Part shown: positions 31,033-47,051 of the stretch, piece after piece
Numbering within the stretch: the stretch's first letter is position 1
How the letters are laid out: every line of letters begins with the position of its first letter
From: Tubiluchus corallicola
Taxonomy: Eukaryota; Animalia; Priapulida
DNA: 51,789 bases
Reading direction: 5' to 3'
Assembly (NCBI GenBank): GCA_030141605.1
Contig: JAQGDQ010001254.1
Location: forward strand, 1 to 51,789
Position numbers and translations under genes: made by a program
The notes under the pieces: generated by a model
The model's input: the letters and a program-made list of their open reading frames with translations, nothing else
Told to the model about the DNA's origin: nothing
The model's database searches: none

Positions 31033-32221
31033 CTTGTCCTTTAATCGAAAAACATCTAGAAATTGATGAAATAAAACAACCCACTGCGCAGATTGAAGGG
31101 TTAACAAGTAAGAAAGAACTTCCTCAAAATAAACGATGTACTTGTCCTTTAATCGAAAAACATCTAGAAATTGATGAAATAAAACAACCCACTGCGCAGA
31201 TTGAAGGGTTAACAAGTAAGAACGAACTTCCTCAAAATAAACGTTGTACTTGTCCTTTAATCGAAAAACATCTAGAAATTGATGAAATAAAACAACCCAC
31301 TGCGCAGATTGAAGGGTTAACAAGTAAGAAAGAACTTCCTCAAAATAAACGTTGTACTTGTCCTTTAATCGAAAAACACCTAGAAATTGATGAAATAAAA
31401 CAACCCACTGCGCAGATTGAAGGGTTAACAAGTAAGAAAGAACTTCCTCAAAATAAACGTTGTACTTGTCCTTTAATCGAAAAACATCTAGATATTGATG
31501 AAATAAAACAACCCACTGCGCAGATTGAAGGGTTAACAAGTAAGAAAGAACTTCCTCAAAATAAACGTTGTACTTGTCCTTTAATCGAAAAACATCTAGA
31601 AATTGATGAAATAAAACAACCCACTGCGCAGATTGAAGGGTTAACAAGTAAGAAAGAACTTCCTCAAAATAAACGTTGTACTTGTCCTTTAATCGAAAAA
31701 CATCTAGAAATTGATGAAATAAAACAACCCACTGCGCAGATTGAAGGGTTAACAAGTAAGAAAGAACTTCCTCAAAATAAACGTTGTACTTGTCCTTTAA
31801 TCGAAAAACATCTAGAAATTGATGAAATAAAACAACCCACTGTGCAGATTGAAGGGTTAACAAGTAAGAAAGAACTTCCTCAAAATGAACGATGTACTTG
31901 TCCTTTAATCGAAAAACATCTAGAAATTGATGAAATAAAACAACCCACTGTGCAGATTGAAGGGTTAACAAGTAAGAAAGAACTTCCTCAAAATAAACGT
32001 TGTACTTGTCCTTTAATCGAAAAACATCTAGAAATTGATGAAACAAAACAACCCACTGTGCAGATTGAAGGGTTAACAAGTAAGAAAGAACTTCCTCAAA
32101 ATAAACGTTGTATTTGTCCTTTAATCGAAAAACATCTAGAAATTGATGAAATAAAACAACCCACTGTGCAGATTGAAGGGTTAACAAGTAAGAAAGACTT
32201 CCTCAAAATAAACGTTGTACT
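31033..32221. repeat. 108-bp tandem repeat, 11 near-identical copies
   Basis: CTTGTCCTTTAATCGAAAAACA recurs every 108 bp (31033, 31141 and onward), giving 36-aa periodic ORFs on both strands. Confidence 0.97.
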
Positions 32222-32605
32222 TTACCAGTGCAAGATAATGATGCTGAAGCTCGATTCTGATTTGACACAAATGAAAATAAAAACTTGGAGAAACGAGCAT
32301 TAAAGTCAGGTATAGAATAGTCGCTTGGCTTGTTTGGAGATAAACTTTAAAAGGCTAGCTTGTTTCGCTTGTCGTGTCGCATTTTACACGGGGTAAATTA
32401 AAGTCACGGAAGAAAACGAGACGTTCACTTGTTAGTTGCAAGATCTTGAAACGAGCGTTGTACTTCATTGGTTCAAGATGGTAAATGGTCAACAAGGGAC
32501 TAAAATAACTCGTTGGTGAAACGTGTAGTATTGTGGCTGTTGATAGTTTCTGGGCTTGAAATTGTCATCCAGACGTAGAAAAAATGAAAGAAACGTCCTC
32601 TGGTG

Positions 32606-34070
<1,465 letters not shown>

Positions 34071-34891
34071 TGAATTTATTTGTGTTACTTTTGTAAAATA
34101 CGAGTACGTTTGAAGACTATTGCAATACTGTATTAACAAAATTTATTCGAAAATATTTCAAGTCAATGTACGTATAACCTTCTGCCTGAGGAATTGAGGA
34201 ATTAGCATTAAGCAGAACATAAAGCTACTATGTAAACGGGCTTCAAAGCTCAGCCTCTTCAATTACATGTGCATAGTTATTAATTTATCATTCGAGAAAG
34301 TTAATTTCAACTCGGAGTATAATCTTTCCTATGATCAAGGCTTGTAGGAATGGCATAAACCTCATCAGTTCATATGTCACAGGGATAAATAGAATGCCTG
34401 CCGCTGCAATGGTTCTAATGTCGTCTAGATAAATAGCATGCATGTATACACGCCGCAAGCGTAACTGTTCAAAAGCCAAGCCATCTTGGTAATGTAAGCG
34501 CAGGGTAATTCTGACAAATTGAATGCATTTCCAAGTAAAGCCACTGCTATTAGTAAACAGACTTTCTGAGCTGATTGTTAAGAGAGAGAGAGTTGCAACA
34601 GTGCAAGACTTACGAGTGAAGTGCTCTTTCAAAGGGTATTTCAATCACAACGCACAAAAAACAGGTGCTGTACCTCTCGTTTTAGGGTGTTCGGTTGTGA
34701 CGTAGCGCACACGTTCGAGAATCGTGTGTGAGCAAAACTGCAAATTTGAAATTTGAATTTTAAACAAAATGTTCCTAGTTTTTGTATATCACACTGAATG
34801 TTGTACAGTATCACTGTACTACTGCACTACTGTACTACAGTATCGTGGTAGCACTGTACTTCAATTTTAGCTGTCGCAAACACGTGGAACA

Positions 34892-35383
34892 CTTCTTCTT
34901 CTTCCCAGCTTTTCCCTATTCGGGGTCACCGTTGTGAATGAGTTTTCTCCACGCATTCCTGTTGTTGACCATCTCTTCATTTATGTCTTCAATTCCCACA
35001 TGATCTTCACCGACTCTTCTTTACAGGTGTCCATACCATCGCAATCTTGCGAGGCTTCCACTACTTTTACTGTTCCTTTGATATTATTATTTCTAATTTT
35101 ATCTCTTCTTGTTATTCCCACCAAGCATCTCAACATTCTCATCTCCACCGCACCCATTTTCTTCTCTTCGGTCTTCTTTAGAGAAGCTGCTTCCAGCCCA
35201 TAGATTAGAGCGGGTCTGACTACTTCTTTGTGGACTTTCCCTTTAAATCTCACCGACTCATTCATAGAAGGTTTTGGCGCAGTTTTTACAGGCGGATGGC
35301 CTTCCTGACCCTAACCCTCCCTATTTATCCGGGCTTGGGAGCGGCACTGAGTTGGGCTGGCTTGCCCCCCCCCGTGGCTAGGT
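34892..35383 (-). mobile_element. Internally deleted (bipartite) RTE element: 5' UTR piece fused to ORF 3' piece and (GAA)n tail
   Basis: 5' motif CCCAAGCCCGGATAAATAGGGAGGGTT...AGGAAGGCCATCCG, peptide VVRPALIYGLE...EMRMLR...TRRDKIRN, and a GAA tail. TGTCGCAAACA occurs on both flanks (34872-34882, 35384-35394). Confidence 0.85.
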
Positions 35384-35394
35384 TGTCGCAAACA

Positions 35395-36610
35395 GGGGTA
35401 TACTATATGAAAAATCATCGTATTAACTCAGCTACATTGTACTTCAAAAGGGGGTATACTATATGAAAAATCATCGTATCAACTCAGTTACATTGTACTT
35501 CAAAAGGGGGTCTATATGAAAAATCATCGTATTAACTCAGCTACATTGTACTTCAAAAGGGGGTATACTATATGAAAAATCATCGTATCAACTCAGTTAC
35601 ATTGTACTTCAAAAGGGGGTATACTATATGAAAAATCATCGTATTAACTCACTTACATTGTACTTCAAAAGGGGGTATGCTATATGAAAAATCACCGTAT
35701 CAACTCACTTACATTGTACTTCAAAAGGGGGTATACTATATGAAAAATCATCGTATTAACTCAGCTACATTGTACTTCAAAAGGGGGTATGCTGATATGA
35801 AAAATCATCATATTAACTCAGCTACATTGTATTTCAATAGGGGGGGGGTTAACTATATGAAAAATCATCGTATTAACTCAGCTACATTGTACTTCAAAAG
35901 GGGGTATACTATATGAAAAATCATCGTATTAACTCAGCTACAGTGTACTTCAAAAGGGGTTATACTATATGAAAAATCATCGTATTAACTCAGCTACATT
36001 GTACTTCAAAAGGGGGTATACTATATGAAAAATCATCGTATTAACTCAGCTACATTGTACTTCAAAAGGGGTTATACTATATGAAAAATCATCGTATTAA
36101 CTCAGCTACATTGTACTTCAAAAGGGATTATGCTATATGAAAAATATTCGTATTAACTCAGCTACATTGTACTTCAAAAGGGGTTATGCTATATGAAAAA
36201 TCATCGTATTAACTCACTTACATTGTACTTCAAAAGGGGGTATACTATATGAAAAATCATCGTATTAACTCAGCTACATTGTACTTCAAAAGGGGTTATG
36301 CTATATGAAAAATCATCGTATCAACTCAGTTACATTGTACTTCAAAAGGGGTATACTATATGAAAAATCATCGTATTAACTTAGCTACATTGTACTTCAA
36401 AAGGGGTACACTATATGAAAAATCATCATATTAACTCAGTTACATTGTACTTCAAAAGGGGTACACTATATGAAAAATCACCGTATTAACTTAGCTACAT
36501 TGTACTTCAAAAGGGGTATACCATATGAAAAATCACTGTATTAACTTAGCTACATTGTACTTCAAAAGGGGTACACTATATGAAAAATCATCCTTTTAAC
36601 TCAGTTACAA
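35395..36610. repeat. 55-56-bp satellite, about 22 copies
   Basis: Unit GGGGTATACTATATGAAAAATCATCGTATTAACTCAGCTACATTGTACTTCAAAA(G). Confidence 0.96.
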
Positions 36611-37029
36611 TCAGTCATGTTTGTCTTTAGATATTTTTAAAAAATATGGCCTGCCTGAAACTGGACTGAGCTCTAGGCGATTGATTCTAAATCGAATCCA
36701 GATCAGAAACTCAACCAAAATCTGTTTTAACTCTTTCCCTTGTTTACTTTATCACGTTCGGCGCATGATTGATCATTTATGCTTGATTTCTGCACTGGCA
36801 CATCAATTTGAAAAGCCTGTTTTATAATTATTCTGACTGAGCTAATTCTATTGGCAATTCTATCAAATGAGATCAAGATTCATCAGACTTGCATAGAGCA
36901 AAGCAATTTTCTGCAAAACAGTATGGAATGATCAAGATTTCATCGTCCATTGGACTCCAAAGCATAAGTAGAGCTATTGCTAGCCAAGTTCTAATCAGAA
37001 TAATGTCAAAATCTGATCCAAACAAATCA

Positions 37030-37319
37030 TTCTTAGAGCCGGCAACGTGGCATGCTTCCTGATAAAGGTTTCTGTCTGAATGGGCGCAATTTCATGAAAG
37101 TGAAGTGGCTGGTCATTAAGATTGGACCATCATTGGGGATTACGTTACTGTACAGTAAACCAGCGCGCCCATGCAACCGATTCGACGTAGCAAGAGAATG
37201 GTAACCAACAGTCACATTTAGATGAAAAAAGGTTCCGAAAAATCGTGAGTCGACCGGGATTTGAACCCAGATCCTCGAGGTTTTAAACCACATGCTCTAA
37301 CCATCTGAGATATTTCTCC
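37030..37319 (-). mobile_element. tRNA-derived SINE
   Basis: Minus-strand head GGAGAAATATCTCAGATGGTTAGAGCA (A box) ... GGTTCAAATCC (B box, 37257-37267). No clean cloverleaf; the 3' end is approximate. Confidence 0.7.
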
Positions 37320-37536
37320 TGATACGAATTCTCGTACTAGCCAATAAGCAATTGGCCAGTGCCATCTATCCATAGTAAAGAGAAACTAATTGATTTAAAC
37401 TATCATAAGTCTCTTAGTAGGAAAAGAAAACACAGCATCAAGTAATAATACAAAAATAGTTAATATTCAAATTTAGAGACACTAACCAGTAATTTGACTG
37501 CAGTAACAGTCAAATTACAGTTTCATTCAGTGATCA

Positions 37537-38130
<594 letters not shown>

Positions 38131-38273
38131 CTAGTATTATTGAATGGCAAAAATCCGCACAACGAATAATATTAAAAAGTTTTATGATATGTAAAAAAAA
38201 CTTCACGAATGTGCAAACATTTTTATCTGGCTAAAAAGTGAAATGTTACTGTGTAAAAACTAAATATAATTTG

Positions 38274-38646
38274 CTAATAGTGGTTACATTGAAGTAAATA
38301 AGTTTACTAATAGTGGATACATTGAACTAAACAAGTTCACTAATAGTGGATATATTGAACTAAACAAGTTCACCAATAGTGGATACATTGAACTAAACAA
38401 GTTCACCAATAGTGGATACATTGAACTAAACAAGTTCACTAATAGTGGATACATTGAACTAAACAAGTTCACTAATAGTGGATACATTGAACTAAACAAG
38501 TTCACTAATAGTGGATACATTGAACTAAACAAGTTCACTAATAGTGGATACATTGAACTAAACAAGTTCACTAATAGTGGTTACATTGAAGTAAATAAGT
38601 TTACTAATAGTGGATACATTGAACTAAACAAGTTTGCTAATAGTGG
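38274..38646. repeat. 33-bp minisatellite, about 11 copies
   Basis: Unit CTAATAGTGGATACATTGAACTAAACAAGTTCA. Confidence 0.95.
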
Positions 38647-38949
38647 GTCGTGATAATTTTTGGTGCTAAAAGCAATAATGACTGATCTTACAGCAATTAG
38701 TAAAGTTATGAAAATTTTACGAGATATACTGATGATATTAATAATTCCATGCTTATGTAGGAACAGCTATAATAGCCGAGTGAAGATTTATGTTGATTCA
38801 AATTATGAAACTCGCGCAAAATGGCGCTGATTTATTAAAACATAAATCTGTGTGACCGTAAAACACGAATTTTCATTTAGAGCAAGATGACTGTAGTAAT
38901 GATTTACAGTCTGCAGCATGTAGCGTTTTGATCGACAGAAATAGTTCTT

Positions 38950-39815
<866 letters not shown>

Positions 39816-40271
39816 AGAATCATGAAGATTTGTTTTACGTTTGCTAGTTACTTACTACAATTGGCCGGACTATACAGGCTTGTCATCAAAATCTCAGTTT
39901 GAGTGAGTTTTCGCCAAATAATGCCTTTAACTTGTTAATCCTCGCTTTTTACTGTGTAATTAAGGCTTAAATTGCGCGATGGATCGCACCACAATCTTCC
40001 ATTGAAAGCTCTTGCCAAGGAAAACGCTTGCAAAGAAAAAGCCATCAGCTCCAGGCTTATTTAATCGATAACTGCGTAGTACAAAGTCGCCGACGGAACG
40101 GGTCTTCAACAGATTTGAGTATATTTTCTCGTTTTAACTAAATCATTCTTGTGACTTTTATAATTATAAATGTAATACTTATAATTATTTAAACTGTGTG
40201 TTCTTGAGTAGCGGAAGAGTCAACTTTTTTACTTTCGGTGTTTATGTCTGCAGTTCGTGTATAGTGACGAT

Positions 40272-40614
40272 TAGGGGTGAGTATTACCTACAGAAATCGA
40301 ATTCGAATCGAATTTGCTACTTTCGAATTCGAATCGTACCGAATTTCAGAATTTCGAATCCGAAAGATTTTCGAACGAGTTATCGAACAACTAGTGGTCT
40401 TACAAAGATCATGCATATTACTTGATTTTGTTCAGTAGTAAAACCACTATCAGTTTGTTAAAAATTTTGCGCAAAAATTGCAGCTAAATTGTGCCAATTG
40501 CATTGCTGTTTCAGACATTTTAATGATAAAGAAAGTTTGTGGCTGAAGTGCTGAATTATTCGAATCCATAATTTTAGGTTCGAATTGAATTCGAACGTTC
40601 GATGCTGACCCCTA
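40272..40614. mobile_element. hAT-type MITE with TCGAA subterminal repeats
   Basis: TIR TAGGGGTGAGTAT / ATGCTGACCCCTA and 8-bp TSD GTGACGAT / GTGACGAC. Confidence 0.9.
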
Positions 40615-40730
40615 GTGACGACAGAGTTGCAACGACAAATAACCAGGAAAGGTAGGGATAAAAATTCGACCGCTCGATGGAAACCGAGTGTAGTCGTAAG
40701 TCAACAAGTGGCTACATTAGAAGTGAAGCT

Positions 40731-41781
40731 TTGAGATTGGCATCTACCTACTAAGTACCACAGCGATGTCTCAATTCACAATTCTTTATTGTATGCGGTA
40801 TTGAGATTGGCATCTACCTACTAAGTACCGCAGCGATGTCTCAATTCATAATTCTTTATTGTATGCGGTATTGAGATTGGCATCTACCTACTAAGTACCG
40901 CAGCGATGTCTCAATTCACAATTCTTTATTGTATGCGGTATTGAGATTGGCATCTACCTACTAAGTACCACAGCGATGTCTCAATTCACAATTCTTTATT
41001 GTATGCGGTATTGAGATTGGCATCTACCTACTAAGTACCGCAGCGATGTCTCAATTCACAATTCTTTATTGTATGCGGTATTGAGATTGGCATCTACCTA
41101 CTAAGTACCGCAGCGATGTCTCAATTCACAATTCTTTATTGTATGCGGTATTGAGATTGGCATCTACCTACTAAGTACCACAGCGATGTCTCAATTCACA
41201 ATTCTTTATTGTATGCGGTATTGAGATTGGCATCTACCTACTAAGTACCGCAGCGATGTCTCAATTCATAATTCTTTATTGTATGCGGTATTGAGATTGG
41301 CATCTACCTACTAAGTACCACAGCGATGTCTCAATTCACAATTCTTTATTGTATGCGGTATTGAGATTGGCATCTACCTACTAAGTAACACAGCGATGTC
41401 TCAATTCACAATTCTTTATTGTATGCGGTATTGAGATTGGCATCTACCTACTAAGTACCACAGCGATGTCTCAATTCATAATTCTTTATTGTATGCGGTA
41501 TTGAGATTGGCATCTACCTACTAAGTACCACAGCGATGTCTCAATTCACAATTCTTTATTGTATGCGGTATTGAGATTGGCATCTACCTACTAAGTACCA
41601 CAGCGATGTCTCAATTCATAATTCTTTATTGTATGCGGTATTGAGATTGGCATCTACCTACTAAGTACCGCAGCGATGTCTCAATTCATAATTCTTTATT
41701 GTATGCGGTATTGAGATTGGCATCTACCTACTAAGTACCGCAGCGATGTCTCAATTCACAATTCTTTATTGTATGCGGTAT
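40731..41781. repeat. 70-bp tandem repeat, 15 near-identical copies
   Basis: TTGAGATTGGCATCTACC recurs every 70 bp, with essentially two variable positions. Confidence 0.98.
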
Positions 41782-41879
41782 GACGGGAAACGCTTTAAGA
41801 CTAAGTTGAGAGATCTTGCCATGAAAGCGTCCTACTGTATTGTAATTTAATTGTATTTTGTTTTGCTGTAGTTAAAAAA

Positions 41880-42545
41880 CGTTTTAGCATATCAAATACC
41901 AATAATTAGTACAAGTTTGCAAAGTTAATAAATTTGTGAACGTAAGAAAGAAGTTTGTTATTAGCGCAAAGAAATACATTGGCATGCAGCAATAAGAGAT
42001 AGGTCATTAATGTAGACAAGAAAAGGAACAAACGCAGTGGTCCTAGGATGGATCCTTGAGGTGCACTGCATATAAGCTTGTATACATTTATGGATTTTGT
42101 ATTAATGTAGACAAGTAGTAGTGGTCCTAGGACGGGTCCTTGAGGTGTACCGCATATAATCTTGTGTATACATTTATGGCTTCTATATTAATGTAGACAA
42201 GAAGAAGTAGTGGTTCTAGGATGGGTCCTTGAGGTATACCGCGTATGATCCTGTGTATACATTTATGGGTTCTATATTAATGTAGACAAGAAGAAGTAGT
42301 GGTCCTAGAATGGGTCCTTGAGGTATACCGTGTATGATCCTGTGTATACATTTATGGGTTCTATATTAATGTAGACACGAAGAAGTAGTGGTCCTAGGAT
42401 GGGTCCTTGAGGTATACCGCGTATGATCCTGTGTATATATATTTATGGATTCCGTATTAATGTAGACAAGAAGAAGTAGTGGTCCTAGGATGGGTCCTTG
42501 AGGTACACCGCATACGATCCTGTGTACACATTTATGGAGTCCGTA
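41880..42545 (-). mobile_element. L2/CR1-like RT remnant whose PQGSILGP motif is amplified as six 84-91-bp tandem units (42008-42545)
   Basis: Minus-strand units encode G(I/V)PQGPILGPLLLLVYIN. The last unit reads PQGSILGPL..FLVYINDL and runs into a degenerate FADD-equivalent region. Confidence 0.85.
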
Positions 42546-42692
42546 TATAGCGGTTATTTTTGTTATTTTTCAAGTTAAAGGGCGCTGAAATTCAGGGGGC
42601 ATAAGAACGAAAATCTACGATGAAAATCTCGTCCTTATATTCACTGTTACTAAACACTTGCCTGTTCATGATACGAAACAATATTTTATGGT

Positions 42693-42905
42693 ATTTTCAC
42701 ATACGCAGACATTTTGCTCAGCTACAATCAATCACGGAATCCCCAATGATTAGGATGCTACCATTGTACAGGTGTCCAGAAAGTTTGTACTTCATTTTTC
42801 ACATACGCAGAGATTTTGCTCAGCTACAATCAATCACGGAATCCCCAATGATTAGGATGCTATCATTGTACAGGTGTCCAGAAAGTTTGTACTTCATTTT
42901 TCACA
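42693..42905. repeat. Two-copy 102-bp tandem duplication
   Basis: CACATACGCAGA occurs at 42698 and 42800. Confidence 0.92.
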
Positions 42906-45705
42906 GGCTCTCTCAGGTGTGCGCGGTAGAGTCACCTGGCTTCGTATAGGTTATTTGTATGCGCCTCGTTGAAGCCTATTCTCCGGAGCCGTTTAGCCAT
43001 TAACTTTTACACGTGTTTCTATACAACGAGGTAAATTACAGAGCGAGACGTGCAGAGATTTTAAGTGCGCCAATTTTTTGTTCATCGCAACACTTAGCAT
43101 TTAGACAGTCTTGTTCGCTTTACCATTGGGATTTACAGATGTTTACATTATCAAAAAAACTTCAGTATTGTTGTAGCAGTTGGGAAAATTGCCTATTCAA
43201 CTGCATATTAGACTAGTACATTTAGTAGCGTCAAAATAAACTTCACAGGTATCGAAAACATCATTAATTTATAATATAGTCTAATAAGAGAACTGTGTGT
43301 TTAATTTATGTGATATGTTGCGAGCACATTAACATCCTTATTAACTCCATTTCTTCGTCCTAACTATGACGTCACCCACTTCTCATACATATTCACTGGC
43401 TGTCTTGTAAGTTTCTGTTTCTTAAAGGAAGGCAGGCTGATTTTTCATATATAACCCCATTTTCAAATCCGATAAAAAGTATACATTTTAACACAATTAA
43501 TACTGCAAAAGCGGTTATGATAATTAGTTAATAGATTAAAAACTTAAGTAACGGCAGGCGACCACAACTATTATTAACATCACAAACTAACATGATTTTC
43601 AACAGCAAAAATATTCCACGAGCGTGTTGCACGTGTTTGCGAAAGCACAGAGCTACTGTTAGATATTCAGTGTGTTGTACTAAAATTACGCAAGTTTCAG
43701 ATCAATATTCAAGTTTCAAATTTATCGATGTGCTCACGCATGAGCTGTGTGACGTGTGTAGTTCGTCACAAACTAACACATCTGAACTGAGAAGTACAAC
43801 AGCTGTTTTTTGTGCAATGCATTTTGAAGTGCAGGCACTAGTACTTGTAACAGTGCAGAACTGGTGGTGCAAACGTGTGTTTGTGTGGTAACAATTCTTT
43901 CACGTAAGTCATACTTTAACATAGTACATAGAACATAGTGTGTTTCTTTTCAATGTTTTGAAGAGTAGATTGTTTTGACATACAGTTTAAGATTGGGTCC
44001 GGTTTTACTTTAAAACATTGAAAGTATTGATACATTTTATTTGTACGAAGAATGGACCTGCAGTTCAAACATATATCCAAAGTATTTAAACTTGTTAACT
44101 TATTTCATTGTATGTTGCAATTTCCCAATAACTTATATCATCATTTCCACTAGATTTAAAAAAATTTCTGATGGGCAAATTTCTCATCGTCTTGCACCAA
44201 ATGAAAAAAATTACCTTGCGAAAACTAATGACTCATCTAGCGCTAATGCAAGTTTGCCAAAACATACTTTTTTCTGTTTGTATGCGCCATTTTGTTCTAA
44301 TAAGGTCACCGGCAATTACTGGTTCAAATAAATATATAGCTAACTGTATCTATACTAAAATTACATAAATTCGTTATTTGTTGTGTGTGTTTTTTGGCTG
44401 TATAGCTATAATATAATATCTCTGTTATGTATTTTGTTGTGTGTATGTCATTGTAGTATAATTTATATGCCAATAATAAATTCTAAATTCTATTAAAAGT
44501 AGAGGGTTTGAGGTGATGCATCAACTAAGCTGAGAGGCAACCGTAAATCTTGTGAATACTGCCAGTAACTTTTACTGTTAATGGTACAGCCAGTAATGGC
44601 TAGCATGAGAACTGAAAACTAGCATAAGAAAATGCTAAATAATTAAATTTTGTGGTTAGTGGCTTGCTCTCCCATTTGCTTTGCAAAGCCGTATTTATAG
44701 TGCATGAGGGCTAGCTCACGCATGCGTACTTGCTGCTATTGTCTAAGCAGCATGTCTATGTTTAAACTGCCATTGGTTGTAAAGCTCAGACCAAAATGGA
44801 CTAAGCAATTCAAACAGAAATTAACGCTTTCAAGGTTTCTTCTCACTGCTGCATTCAATGATGATATGCTGCACAAAATGTGTGGTGCCATCTGCTGGCG
44901 GGAAGATGAGTCTGCTTCAGTGGAGTTTGGGAACTGCCTGAGAATGAAATTTATTTTCTACACCTATTGGAAACCATTGACGTTTCCAGCTTTTTACAAA
45001 GGCATGATTTTAGGTCCATTCTCAAAATTTCATTGTTTCCCTTTTCACTACATGTAAGAGCGTGCGTCAGAACTTTACTAACAAGTTTATTAACTCAAAC
45101 TGTTGGTCGAGGGACTTCCTGATGTCGAGGCTGTGGGTCAAAAAACAGGCTACGTCAACAGGTGTGAAATTTGCTTTAGTGCAAGCGTTCGCAAGTTTAG
45201 GTTTAAGCTTAAGTTTTAGGTTTTTGCAGAAAATGACGCCAATGTCGCCATCCTGAATTCAAGATTGCAAAAAAATATTTTGACTCTGTCAGTCGATGCA
45301 GAATTGATTCTAGTGTGTTCTTACAAAGTTTCATGACAATCCGTTGCGAATAGGTGAAGTCGGAACATTTCGAAAATGATGTTATTGCTGCCATCTTGAA
45401 TTCAAAATGGCAGATCGAGAATCCATTTCTGTCAATATATTCGTTCTAGAATATTTGTGTAAATTTTACGACGATTCGTTGCAAGCTGGCGAAGCTTGTT
45501 TTTTGAAAAAGACAGCCTCAACAACAACAACACCACCACCACCGCCGCCGCCACCACCACCGCCGCCGCCACCACCACCGCCACCACCGCCACCGTCACC
45601 GCCAGTCTGTTAAAAGAGAGATTAAATCTCAGAATTTTATGCTGAAATGTGTTAATTGTTGTTCGTTAAATAAGAAAGAAAAAACTAGGCAGTTAAAATT
45701 AATAC

Positions 45706-46250
45706 TGAATTCAGCGAGGATTCCTCACGAAGATGGAACGTACAACATTCTTACCTTGCGGCAAAATTCCTCACGAGGAGGACGCATAGCTTCTATCTGG
45801 CAGCATACTTCCTCACGAGGAGGACGCATAGCTTCTATCTGGCGCAGAATTCCTCACGAGGAGGACGCATAGCTTCTATCTGGCGCAGAGTTCCTCACGA
45901 GGAGGACGCATAGCTTCTATCTGGCGCAGAGTTCCTCACGAGGAGGACGCATAGCTTCTATCTGGCAGCAGAATTCCTCACGAGGATGGAACGTGCAGTA
46001 TTTCTACCGTGCAGCAAAATTCCTCACGAGGAGGACGCAAAACTTCTTGCTGGCAGCAGAATTCCTCACGAGGAGGACGCATAGCTTCTAGCTGGCAGCA
46101 GAATTCCTCACGAGGAACTCCATGAAGAATTTTGCCGTGTGTTCTCAGTGTGAAATGCCCCACAGAAAACAAAATATTCTATTTCTGTGAGGAATGCCAC
46201 AAGGAATCTCTCCTCGAGGTATTCTGCTGTGAGCCCTCACTGTGAAATAG
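45706..46250. mobile_element. MITE-like element with an internal ~41-bp tandem array built on the CCTCACGAGG near-palindrome
   Basis: About ten TTCCTCACGAGG motifs, with weak inverted ends CTGAATTCAGCGAGG / CCTCACTGTGAAATAG. Confidence 0.65.
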
Positions 46251-46746
46251 GCCTAAGTCTATATTAGATGCTTCCGTAAACTTGTTAATATTTATTTGAC
46301 CCTGAAAGCCTTGAGTGTTTTCGCGCATTTATTGATATATAGGTCTTGTCAAAATTATCATTTTTTTCTGCAAATATTTAACATGCCATTGTGTCTTAAG
46401 CTGACGTCTGCTTTTTATTATGTGAAAGTTGAAGTATGGCATTCTCAACTTTGACTTTCAAAATCGACTTTTTGCCTTGGAGGTTATTTTTTTCTTTGAA
46501 GTCTACAAACTGTGAAACGTCATCGCGTGTTTTATAAATTGCCACAAAAATCGTTTTTTTCTGGCAAACATGCAGAAGACACAGAATGGAGTTTGTTGTA
46601 AATTGTAGTGTCGAAAAATACTGTTTATTTGCTTGTCAGTTCAATGTTTGTGTTTGATGAAAAGATAGCGTGACAGCGAAGTGTCAAAGACGACGTATTG
46701 ATAAGGCATCATGTAGGTAAAGCCAATGTGACTTTGTTCATGTTTG

Positions 46747-47051
46747 CAGGGCGTATCAAGACTTTACGACGCCCTGAACTGGTCCCGTTCATCTCTATTG
46801 TGAATTTGTTGATTAAACAATTACTTGTGATGCGTTAGAAACAGTATTAACCTAGTTTCTACGTGGTGATTATTAATTACATGTATTTGTATAGACACTT
46901 ATATAAAACCTGGCTCAGTAACTGCCTGTGGCGTGTTATAAAATGCGTCCTTTTTACAGGACGCACAAGAATTTTTTCTAAAATGCGGCGCCCTCAAACT
47001 TTGCCATTCTAGGCCATAGCCTAGTTAGCCTATTGGTTAATATGTCCCCTG
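46747..47051. mobile_element. Degenerate hAT-like MITE
   Basis: Ends CAGGGCGTAT / ATATGTCCCCTG, flanks CATGTTTG / CATGTATA (6/8), and an AGCCTA..AGCCTAT subterminal motif as in 13339-13745. Confidence 0.65.

Noticed and set aside
37240-37319. Functional tRNA gene
   Set aside because: A and B boxes are present but the acceptor and anticodon stems do not pair convincingly. It is better explained as a SINE head.
40731-41781. CRISPR array (also considered for 14400-14746, 35395-36610 and 19640-21440)
   Set aside because: The units are head-to-tail with no unique spacers, or with microsatellite spacers only. There are no cas genes and the context is eukaryotic.
45407-45613. Poly-proline protein ORF
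   Set aside because: It is a (CCA/CCG)n microsatellite at the end of a repeat-like segment, with no exon signals.
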